DNA of 64,000 nucleotides, taken from a bacterium (GTDB lineage Bacteria > Zhuqueibacterota > Zhuqueibacteria > Zhuqueibacterales > Zhuqueibacteraceae). A program made the position numbers and the translations under genes. Below the pieces are notes generated by a model. That model did no database searches and was not told where the DNA came from. It worked only from the letters and a program-made list of their open reading frames with translations. Within the stretch, counting starts at the first letter, position 1, and every line of letters begins with the position of its first letter. The DNA lies in the NCBI GenBank assembly GCA_037444905.1, contig JBBILN010000031.1, positions 1-64,000 on the forward strand. The letters are read 5' to 3'. Below are positions 28,584-35,795 of the stretch, one piece after another.

Positions 28584-30437
28584 ATGTCACCCCGACGTTA
28601 TCTCGCCTTCGTTTGCTGCTCTTCATTAGGATTTCTTTTCGGACTTCACGACCCGCTCGTGGCGCAATCCGACAAAAAATTCCAAATTGCGCCAGCCTTT
28701 CCCTCCCTTCCGCCGATGCGGGAGGTGCAATCGGGGACGAGCTTTCATGAGTATTACGACATCCTACCCAATGTTGCGAGCTGTTACGAAGGCGTTTTGA
28801 AAGAGAGCGAAAAACTCAAGGTGCTCCACAAGCTCAACTATGTGAGAAGTCTGCACAAGCTGAAGCCGGTATTGTACAAATTTGAAAATGATGCCGCGAT
28901 GGCAAAGGCTTCTCTCATCATGGTGGCGAACGGCACGTTGACGCATTCTCCCGATTCGACCATGAAGTGTTGGAGCGCTTTGGGTTACTACGGCGCGAGC
29001 ACGAGCAACCTCTGGATGGGCTCATCAAGCCAAGCTTCCGAAGACCAAGTTGACGACTACTTGATTGATTACGGCGTCAGCAGCGCCGGACACCGACGAT
29101 GGCTGATCGATCCTTTTCTGAAATATATCTCATTCGGAAGAGTGGACACGGAGAATTTGGCCGCGGGCGGCATTCAGGTGATTCACAATGAAACGCAAGA
29201 ATTGAACGAGCTGCATCCCGGCTTCGTGGCCTATCCCTTTGAGAGCTATCCTGCGGAGCTATTGGAAAAAACCTGGTATTTGTCATTTTCCGCGTTGGCC
29301 AATGACAACGGCGTTTGGACAGGCTCCGGCGTCGATTTTTCTCAAGCCCAAATCACAGTGACGCAAGAAGACGGGCAGCCCATGCAAGTCTTCGAAGTCG
29401 AGCACGACAACATTGGCTATGGCTTGCCCAATTGCTTGCGCTGGCGCGTTGCAGCATTGACAGATGACGTCAAATATCTGGTCACGATACGAAACGTCAA
29501 GGTTTTGCAGAATTATAAAGATTATTCCTATTGGTTCGTTTCCAAAAATTTTCAGCCCGCGTTGCTCTCTCCCACGAATTTCGACAACAAGGCGCCGCTC
29601 CACCCGACCTTTTGTTGGAAGGCCGTGGACAGCAAGGTGGCCTATGATCTGCAGATTGCACGCGATCCTTATTTTCGCGACCTCGTCTTCAATCTGAATG
29701 GAATAGACTCCACTTGCATCCGCCTGACGGAGAGCGTCTTGTCCGAGAACACGGAATATTTTTGGCGTGTGCGCGCCGTTGACTCGGCCGGGATCGGGCA
29801 TCTTTGGTCGCCGAGTTGGAGATTTACAACCCTCAATTCACATTTGTCTTTGCTGGCGCCGCCAAACGGTGCGCGCGAGGTGGATCCTTCGGTTTACTTT
29901 CAATGGACCGCTTTGACCGCCTTCGACGTCGACAGCTATGAGTTTCAAGCGGCGCACGACTCGAATTTGACCTCGAACTACTTTACCGTTGACATTCCAG
30001 GTACGTGGAGCGGCTTCTACTTCAGTCGCGCAAATCCATTGCAGTCGGGCAAAAGCTATTTTTGGCGAATAAAAGCCAAGCTTGCCGGCGGCAATCAAAG
30101 TTTATTTTCCGAAGTCTGGCGCTTCACCGTCAAACCTGCAACTGCCGTCGAGGCCAAGGCAGATGCGATTCCTACTGCCTACGCTTTGGCGCAGAACTTT
30201 CCGAATCCTTTTAAGGCGAGCACCATTATCGAATTTGAACTTCCTAAAGAAGAATACGTGGCCCTGGAGCTTTTCAATCTGCAAGGTCAGCGTCTCAAGC
30301 CATTGGTGCATGGGCGAGTGCGGGCGGGACGTCATCGCATTCACTTGGACACCGCGGGGCTTCCCAACGGCATCTACGTGTATCGCATGCAAACCGAGGA
30401 AACCACTTTCGCAAAGAAACTGATCATCTTAAAATAA
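28584..30437 (+). CDS. T9SS-secreted protein with an N-terminal CAP/SCP-like domain, Ig/FN3-like repeats and a C-terminal sorting domain
   Basis: Signal peptide present. 'GHRRWLIDPFL...' and 'HKLNYVRSLHKL' resemble a CAP (PR-1/YkwD-like) domain. The C-terminus is 'ALAQNFPNPFKASTIIEFELPKEEYVALELFNLQGQRLKPL...GLPNGIYVYRMQ'. Confidence 0.6.
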   Translation: MSPRRYLAFVCCSSLGFLFGLHDPLVAQSDKKFQIAPAFPSLPPMREVQSGTSFHEYYDILPNVASCYEGVLKESEKLKVLHKLNYVRSLHKLKPVLYKFENDAAMAKASLIMVANGTLTHSPDSTMKCWSALGYYGASTSNLWMGSSSQASEDQVDDYLIDYGVSSAGHRRWLIDPFLKYISFGRVDTENLAAGGIQVIHNETQELNELHPGFVAYPFESYPAELLEKTWYLSFSALANDNGVWTGSGVDFSQAQITVTQEDGQPMQVFEVEHDNIGYGLPNCLRWRVAALTDDVKYLVTIRNVKVLQNYKDYSYWFVSKNFQPALLSPTNFDNKAPLHPTFCWKAVDSKVAYDLQIARDPYFRDLVFNLNGIDSTCIRLTESVLSENTEYFWRVRAVDSAGIGHLWSPSWRFTTLNSHLSLLAPPNGAREVDPSVYFQWTALTAFDVDSYEFQAAHDSNLTSNYFTVDIPGTWSGFYFSRANPLQSGKSYFWRIKAKLAGGNQSLFSEVWRFTVKPATAVEAKADAIPTAYALAQNFPNPFKASTIIEFELPKEEYVALELFNLQGQRLKPLVHGRVRAGRHRIHLDTAGLPNGIYVYRMQTEETTFAKKLIILK

Positions 30438-30438
30438 T

Positions 30439-31647
30439 ATGAGCTCAAGCCACGAAGACAGAATGACCAACAAAACAGAAACGTTTTCCACAGTCAATCC
30501 GACAGTGCTTGAGGAAAGTCATCTCACCGAAGAACAAGACCTCGCACCACAGCCTCTTCCCACACCCGGAAAGAAATTTCCGTGCCGTCAGTGCGGCGCG
30601 CATCTTGAATTCAATCCCACCGCGCAAGCGTTGACATGCCCGTATTGTCATCATCAAGAAAAAATTCCGCAAAGCGCCGAAGAAATCGTCGAGCGTTCTT
30701 ACGAGGATTATTTGAAGGCCAGCCGCGCGGGGTTGCAGGTGAGCAATGGCGCCGAGCTTGAGGTGAAGTGCCACGCGTGCGGCGCGGTGATCATGATGCC
30801 GGCGAATGTCGTCACGCAAGATTGCCCATTCTGCGGTGTGCATTTGGAATCGCAGCCGCATGCGACCGAGCCGTTTATCGAGCCGAGCGCGGTCTTGCCT
30901 TTCAAAATCGATCAAGCCGGCGCACAAGCCGCGTTTCAAAATTGGATTCGCGGTTTGTGGTTCGCGCCGAACGCGCTCAAACAAATCGGCGAACTGGGCA
31001 AGCTTGTGGGCATGTACACGCCGTTTTGGACGTTCGACGCCATGACACTCACGTTTTATCAAGGCGAGCGCGGCACACACTATTGGGAGACGGAAGATTT
31101 TATCGCGAATGTAAACGGCCGCAACGAGCGCCGCACCCGCCGGGTGCAACGCACGCGCTGGCAATCCGCGAGCGGCTCGGTGCGGCATTGGTTCGACGAC
31201 GTGACGGTGCTCGCTTCGCGCGGGATGCCCGCGGAATATGCGCAGGATTTGGATCCGTGGGATTTGCAAGCATTGGCGAATTTCAAAGCGGAGTATCTCA
31301 GCGGCTTTCGCACCGAGCGCTATCAGGTGGGATTGGAAGAAGGTTTTAATCGCGCGAAGCAATTCATGCAGCCCACATTGCACGCGCTTATTTGCCGCGA
31401 CATCGGCGGCGATGCGCAGCGCGTGCAATCCGCCTCGACGCAATATTCCGGCATCACCTTCAAACATATTCTCCTCCCAATTTGGATTTCCGCCTATCGC
31501 TACGGCGGCCAATTGCATCGCATTCTCATCAACGCCCGCACCGGCGAAGTGCAAGGCAGCCGGCCGTATTCCCCGTGGAAAATTGCAGGCGCGGTGTTGT
31601 TGGCGCTGGCGGTCGCCGTACTTTACTTTTTGTTCCAATCAAACTGA
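30439..31647 (+). CDS. Hypothetical membrane-anchored protein with a double zinc-ribbon N-terminus
   Basis: Two CxxC-x(15-18)-CxxC zinc ribbons (CRQCGAHL...CPYCHH; CHACGAVIM...CPFCGV), a ~250-aa domain of unknown function, and a C-terminal TM helix (WKIAGAVLLALAVAVLYFLF). Its start overlaps the preceding stop (ATATGA). Confidence 0.5.
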   Translation: MSSSHEDRMTNKTETFSTVNPTVLEESHLTEEQDLAPQPLPTPGKKFPCRQCGAHLEFNPTAQALTCPYCHHQEKIPQSAEEIVERSYEDYLKASRAGLQVSNGAELEVKCHACGAVIMMPANVVTQDCPFCGVHLESQPHATEPFIEPSAVLPFKIDQAGAQAAFQNWIRGLWFAPNALKQIGELGKLVGMYTPFWTFDAMTLTFYQGERGTHYWETEDFIANVNGRNERRTRRVQRTRWQSASGSVRHWFDDVTVLASRGMPAEYAQDLDPWDLQALANFKAEYLSGFRTERYQVGLEEGFNRAKQFMQPTLHALICRDIGGDAQRVQSASTQYSGITFKHILLPIWISAYRYGGQLHRILINARTGEVQGSRPYSPWKIAGAVLLALAVAVLYFLFQSN

Positions 31648-31762
31648 ATTCTTAAGCAATCTTTCAATTGCATTTTTTTAAAGTTCCATTATTTTTGGCT
31701 AACAAGGTCGCGTTCACACAAGCTTGTTATTGGTTTCGTATATTATTGATGAGGAGAATGAC

Positions 31763-32014
31763 ATGATCGACGTTAAGCAAGCCGCTCAAATCGCAGCCAA
31801 TTACTTCTCAGATTTGAATCCTGGCAAATTTCAGAATCTCGCGCTCGAAGAGATCGAATTAACCGACGATGAGGAGAATTGGTTGGTAACACTTGGGTAT
31901 AATCCGCCCTCGACCAATATTTTTGTTAACGGGCCAGTGGCGCGAGAATACAAAGTGATCAGGATTGATGCGAAAGACGGGAAAGTAGTTTCGATGAAGA
32001 TTAAAAAAATCTAA
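31763..32014 (+). CDS. Small PepSY-like protein (candidate partner of the downstream PIN-domain protein)
   Basis: 83 aa from the ATG that follows GAGGAG. The helix-then-beta-hairpin pattern '...NWLVTLGY...YKVIRIDAKDGKVVSMKI' is PepSY-like. It lies in the AT-rich islet, 7 bp upstream of the PIN gene. Confidence 0.4.
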   Translation: MIDVKQAAQIAANYFSDLNPGKFQNLALEEIELTDDEENWLVTLGYNPPSTNIFVNGPVAREYKVIRIDAKDGKVVSMKIKKI

Positions 32015-32020
32015 ACGCCG

Positions 32021-32542
32021 ATGGATCACTTGATAAAATTGCTTGAGTTTTATCGAAACCGCGGACTTCTTCTCGATGCGAATCTTCTTCTTTTGTACGT
32101 CGTTGGGCGATGCGACATTCGGGCCGTGACTTCTTTCAAACGAACAAAAATCTTCACTCCTGAAGATTACGGTTTGTTAGAAAACTTCGTCCGTTATTTC
32201 AGGAGTATCGTTACGACGCCTAATATTCTAACGGAGGTCAGCAATTTATTGAATCAGCTACCCGACAATATCAAAGCCGAGCATTTCGTACAGTTTGCCA
32301 ATGTCATTGAAAGTTTAAACGAAGAATATGTTGCCAGCGCTCTCCTTGCGATTCAACCGCAATTCGAAAAATTCGGTCTAACAGATTTCAGCATTATCAC
32401 CGAGGCTCGAGGGAGATACTTAATTCTAACCGATGATTTCAGATTATCAAATTACCTTCAAAGCTTAAGGGTCGACGTAATTAATTTTAATCACATTCGA
32501 ACCTATCATTGGAAGATGCCTCCGCGTCAATTTAGCTTTTGA
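32021..32542 (+). CDS. PIN-domain protein (putative ribonuclease)
   Basis: The four acidic positions are spaced as in a PIN fold: 'LLDANLLLLYVVG', 'ILTEVSNLL', 'LTDFSIITEARG', 'YLILTDDFRL'. The gene is AT-rich. Confidence 0.5.
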   Translation: MDHLIKLLEFYRNRGLLLDANLLLLYVVGRCDIRAVTSFKRTKIFTPEDYGLLENFVRYFRSIVTTPNILTEVSNLLNQLPDNIKAEHFVQFANVIESLNEEYVASALLAIQPQFEKFGLTDFSIITEARGRYLILTDDFRLSNYLQSLRVDVINFNHIRTYHWKMPPRQFSF

Positions 32543-32563
32543 ACTTCCGCACAAATAAACTTT

Positions 32564-33457
32564 TTACCTCAACATCGCCCGCAACGCGCTTTCCAAATCG
32601 CCGTGTTTGAAACTATATCCATTCGTCACGAGTTTTGCCGGCGCAATGCGCGCACTGGAGAGCAAAAGATCGTCGGCCATTTCGCCCAATACCAGCCGCG
32701 CAGCAAATGCCGGTAGTGGGAAAATCGTGGGCCGTGAGATCACTCGTCCCAACGTCTTCGTGAATTCGCGATTGGTAACGGCTTGCGGCGCGACGAGATT
32801 CACCGGCCCGCGCAACGACTCCGTCATCACCGTGAACTGCAATGCGCCGATCACGTCTTCCAGCGCAATCCAGCTCCAATATTGTTCGCCGCTGCCGATC
32901 ACCCCGCCCACTCCCAGTCTGAACGGCAATAACATTTTTGCGAGCGCGCCGCCTTCGGTGCTGAGCACGATTCCAATGCGCGGCGTTACCACACGAATGC
33001 CTTTGCGCGCGGCCGGCTCTGTCGCTCTTTCCCAAGCCACACAAGTCTCCGCAAGAAAACCCGAACCCGGCGTGCTTTCTTCGCGCAAAATTTCATTGCC
33101 GCGATTGCCGTAATAGCCGATCGCCGAGGCGCTCACCAGCACACGCGGCGGTTGGTGCAATTGCGCCAGCGTATCACACAAAAGCTTCGTGCCCTGCTTG
33201 CGGCTCTCCATGATGCGCGCCTTTTTCGCCGCAGTCCATCTGCCCTCAATCCTTTCGCCCGCAAGATGCACCACCGCATCGAAACCCTCCAAATCGGAAA
33301 GATTCAATTTGCCGTTTTTCGGATCCCACTGCAGGGCGCGCACGTGCCCGTCGCCGCCGCGGCGTGAAAGCCCGATGACCGCATGCCCGTTGCTCTGCAG
33401 CGCTTGCACTAACTTCGCGCCGATAAAACCGGTGAAACCCGTGACGAGAATTTTCAT
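32564..33457 (-). CDS. TIGR01777-family NAD-dependent epimerase/dehydratase-like protein (YfcH-like, C-terminal DUF1731)
   Basis: I place the start at MKILVTGFTGFIG (ATG at 33457) rather than at the ORF-track start 33511, giving the Rossmann motif at the N-terminus. The whole protein, from MKILVTGFTGFIGAKLVQ to the C-terminal '...VNLVAPQAVTNREFTKTLGRVISRPTIFPLPAFAARLVLGEMADDLLLSSARIAPAKLVTNGYSF', is collinear with YfcH-like proteins. Confidence 0.8.
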   Translation of the reverse strand: MKILVTGFTGFIGAKLVQALQSNGHAVIGLSRRGGDGHVRALQWDPKNGKLNLSDLEGFDAVVHLAGERIEGRWTAAKKARIMESRKQGTKLLCDTLAQLHQPPRVLVSASAIGYYGNRGNEILREESTPGSGFLAETCVAWERATEPAARKGIRVVTPRIGIVLSTEGGALAKMLLPFRLGVGGVIGSGEQYWSWIALEDVIGALQFTVMTESLRGPVNLVAPQAVTNREFTKTLGRVISRPTIFPLPAFAARLVLGEMADDLLLSSARIAPAKLVTNGYSFKHGDLESALRAMLR

Positions 33458-33473
33458 GTGTTCCCTCGCTTTG

Positions 33474-33824
33474 CTATTTGCCAAAAACTTTGCGATACAT
33501 CGCTTCGTCAAAACCGACGATGAGCGTGCGGCCCTTGCGAATCGCGGGCGAACGCAAATTGCCGGTGCGGCCGATTAACACACTCACCAGCAAGTCCGTG
33601 CTCGGCCGGTCTTTTTTCAGATCAAGATGAACGAGGCTCCTCGCCTTCGTTGCAAAGATCTCGTCGATATCTTTGATCATCTCCAATACTTCTTGCGGCG
33701 GCAACGCGACTTTCTTTGTGCTCGCTTTTTCCTCAGGTTCAATCTTATGCTGCGCAAGAAACTCTTGCGTTTTGGCGCACGTTTCTCAGCTCGGGCGATA
33801 ATAATACCAATCGACTCTGGCCAT
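33474..33824 (-). CDS. Spx/ArsC-family thioredoxin-fold protein with an in-frame TGA (candidate selenocysteine, U-x-x-C redox motif)
   Basis: Reading the minus strand from the ATG at 33824 gives MARVDWYYYRPS-[TGA at 33788-33786]-ETCAKTQEFLAQHKIEPEE...LRSPAIRKGRTLIVGFDEAMYRKVFGK, in frame with the ORF-track fragment 33474..33704. This aligns residue-for-residue with Spx ([22 protein letters not shown]...LRRPIIIDEKRLQVGY), and the TGA falls exactly on the first Cys of the CxxC motif. A Shine-Dalgarno sequence AGGAG precedes the ATG, and a hairpin lies 19 nt downstream of the TGA. Confidence 0.6.
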
Positions 33825-34036
33825 GTGCTCCTCTTCTCTCTTTGCGTTTGCCTTTGCGTGATTTCAAAGCGATTTCAACACGGCCAATTTACAGCAATCT
33901 TCATCATTTGTCAAATCGGAATCGCCACGACCTTGTCTGACCCAAGGCGCAGCTTGCTTACGAAGGCCGCGTTGCGTAAATTACGCCCGTAGAATTCTTC
34001 CAGCCCGTCAATATGAATTCAATTTGAGGCCGCATC

Positions 34037-34783
34037 ATGAGAAAGAATCAAATCCACGAGTTTGCAGATGCGCGCTACGCCGGCATTCTAATCGCGGTGT
34101 TCGTCATCGCCGCATGGGCCGGCAGCCTCGCTTCTGCTCTGCAACTCGACATCGCAAATTTTCCCGCTTGGGGCAGTATGGCCGCGGTGCTGTTACTGAC
34201 GTTCCTCTATACCGGCCTCTTCATCACCGCACACGACGCCATGCACGGCTTGGTTGCGCCGCAGCACAAACGGGTGAATCATCTCATCGGCGCGGTGAGT
34301 GTCTTGCTCTATGCGCTCTTTTCATTTCAGCGCCTCAAAGCCGAGCATCGCAAACATCACGCACATCCGGGCAGCGCCGAGGATCCGGATTATCACGACG
34401 GCGAGCATCGCGGCTTTTGGCGCTGGTATTTTCACTTCATGCGCACTTACGTAACGTGGCAACAACTCCTCGGCATGGCGCTTGCGTTCAACATCCTTCA
34501 TCATCTCTTGAACATTCCTGTTCGCAATTTGCTTTTCTTTTGGGTCGCGCCCGCGCTGCTCAGCACATTGCAGCTTTTTTATTTTGGAACATTTTTGCCG
34601 CACCGCGAGCCTGAGGGCGGCTATCGCAACGAGCATCGCGCGGAGAGCAATGACTTTTCAGTACTCTGGTCGTTTCTCACTTGCTACCACTTCGGTTATC
34701 ATTGGGAGCATCACGAGTATCCGTATGTGCCGTGGTGGAAGCTGCCGGCCGTTCGAAAAAATTTAAGCCAATCTTCTCTATGA
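34037..34783 (+). CDS. crtW: Beta-carotene 4-ketolase (CrtW-type membrane di-iron desaturase-like)
   Basis: Three His boxes at CrtW spacing: 'AHDAMHG', 'EHRKHHAH', 'HWEHHEYPYVPWWKLP'; four TM segments. Confidence 0.75.
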   Translation: MRKNQIHEFADARYAGILIAVFVIAAWAGSLASALQLDIANFPAWGSMAAVLLLTFLYTGLFITAHDAMHGLVAPQHKRVNHLIGAVSVLLYALFSFQRLKAEHRKHHAHPGSAEDPDYHDGEHRGFWRWYFHFMRTYVTWQQLLGMALAFNILHHLLNIPVRNLLFFWVAPALLSTLQLFYFGTFLPHREPEGGYRNEHRAESNDFSVLWSFLTCYHFGYHWEHHEYPYVPWWKLPAVRKNLSQSSL

Positions 34784-35739
34784 CGAATTCCACAGCCAAA
34801 GTGCGCCTCGGCGTGAGCACGTGTTTGCTCGGCGAAAACGTGCGCTTCGACGGCGGGCACAAAGAAGATCACTATCTCACGGAAACGCTTGCGCCCTTTG
34901 TGGAATGGGTCGCGGCCTGCCCGGAAGTCGACATTGGTTTGGGCACGCCACGCGAGTCGATTCGCTTGATCGGAACGACGAATGCGCCGCGCTTGTTCGC
35001 GCCGAAATCCGGCATCGATCTCACCGAGAAAATGCTCTCGTATGCGTACGCCAAAGTCGCGCAGCTCAAGCAAATGGATTTGGACGGCTACATTCTGAAA
35101 AAGGATTCGCCGAGTTGCGGCATGGAGCGCGTGCGCATCTATCACGAAAGCGGCTCGGCTTCCCGTACGGGCACGGGCTTGTTCGCGCGCGTGCTCATGG
35201 AAGAGATGCCCGATTTGCCGGTGGAAGAAGAAGGCCGCTTGCACGATTCCAGCTTACGCGCGAACTTCATCGTGCGCGTATTTGCGCATCGCCGCTGGCG
35301 CGAGCTTGTTGCAAACGGTTTTAGCCTCGCCGCGTTGGTGGCATTTCATGCGCAGCATAAATTTCTGCTGATGGCACACAGCGAAAAACACTTGCGCGCG
35401 ATGGGGAAATTGGTGGCGGAAGCAAAAGCGCGCAAACCTAAAGACGCTTTTTCAGAATATAGCAAGCTGTTGTTCTCGGCATTGCGCGAGGCTGCCACCA
35501 AGCGTTCACACACAAATGTGCTGCAGCACCTCGCAGGCTTCTTCAAAAAGCAGTTGGAGAGTAAAGACAAGGTCGAATTGCAAAACGTCATCGCCGACTT
35601 TCGCAAAGGCTTGGTGCCGCTGATCGTGCCCATCACGCTCATCAAACATTACATCAACAAATTCGATTTGCAATACCTTCGCGATCAAGTCTACCTCAAT
35701 CCCCATCCCAAAGAACTCATGCTCCTCAATCATGTGTGA
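34780..35739 (+). CDS. DUF523 (YbbK-like) plus DUF1722 (YbgA-like) fusion protein
   Basis: I place the start at MTNSTAKVRLGVSTCLLGENVRFDGGHK (ATG at 34780, forming an ATGA overlap with the crtW stop) rather than at the ORF-track start 34681. This architecture is commonly encoded beside photolyase genes in light-induced operons. Confidence 0.7.
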   Translation: MTNSTAKVRLGVSTCLLGENVRFDGGHKEDHYLTETLAPFVEWVAACPEVDIGLGTPRESIRLIGTTNAPRLFAPKSGIDLTEKMLSYAYAKVAQLKQMDLDGYILKKDSPSCGMERVRIYHESGSASRTGTGLFARVLMEEMPDLPVEEEGRLHDSSLRANFIVRVFAHRRWRELVANGFSLAALVAFHAQHKFLLMAHSEKHLRAMGKLVAEAKARKPKDAFSEYSKLLFSALREAATKRSHTNVLQHLAGFFKKQLESKDKVELQNVIADFRKGLVPLIVPITLIKHYINKFDLQYLRDQVYLNPHPKELMLLNHV

Positions 35740-35751
35740 AGAGAGAGCTTC

Positions 35752-35772
35752 ACCAAACTTTTCAAGTTTGGT
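35752..35772. promoter_or_regulatory. Perfect 9-3-9 palindrome ACCAAACTT-TTC-AAGTTTGGT, 24 bp upstream of the photolyase start
   Basis: Read directly. Related copies lie at 37286-37306 and 43190-43214. The half-site CACCAAACT recurs at 35801-35810, overlapping the photolyase start codon. Confidence 0.4.
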
Positions 35773-35795
35773 AAAGCTGCGCTCGGAAGAACCAA

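Noticed and set aside
33704-33704. Treating the ORF 33474-33704 as an independent small gene, or as a pseudogene fragment
   Set aside because: Its start as listed is not an ATG. The same frame continues upstream through a single TGA to a proper ATG with a Shine-Dalgarno sequence, and the TGA aligns with the catalytic Cys of the family. Selenocysteine read-through is therefore preferred over truncation, pending read-level verification.
34681-34780. Upstream 33 codons of ORF 34681-35739 (MLPLRLSLGASRVS...) overlapping the end of crtW
   Set aside because: Out of frame with crtW and lacking a ribosome-binding site. The conserved DUF523 N-terminus begins at the ATG at 34780, which forms an ATGA overlap with the crtW stop. 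This is the more parsimonious start.
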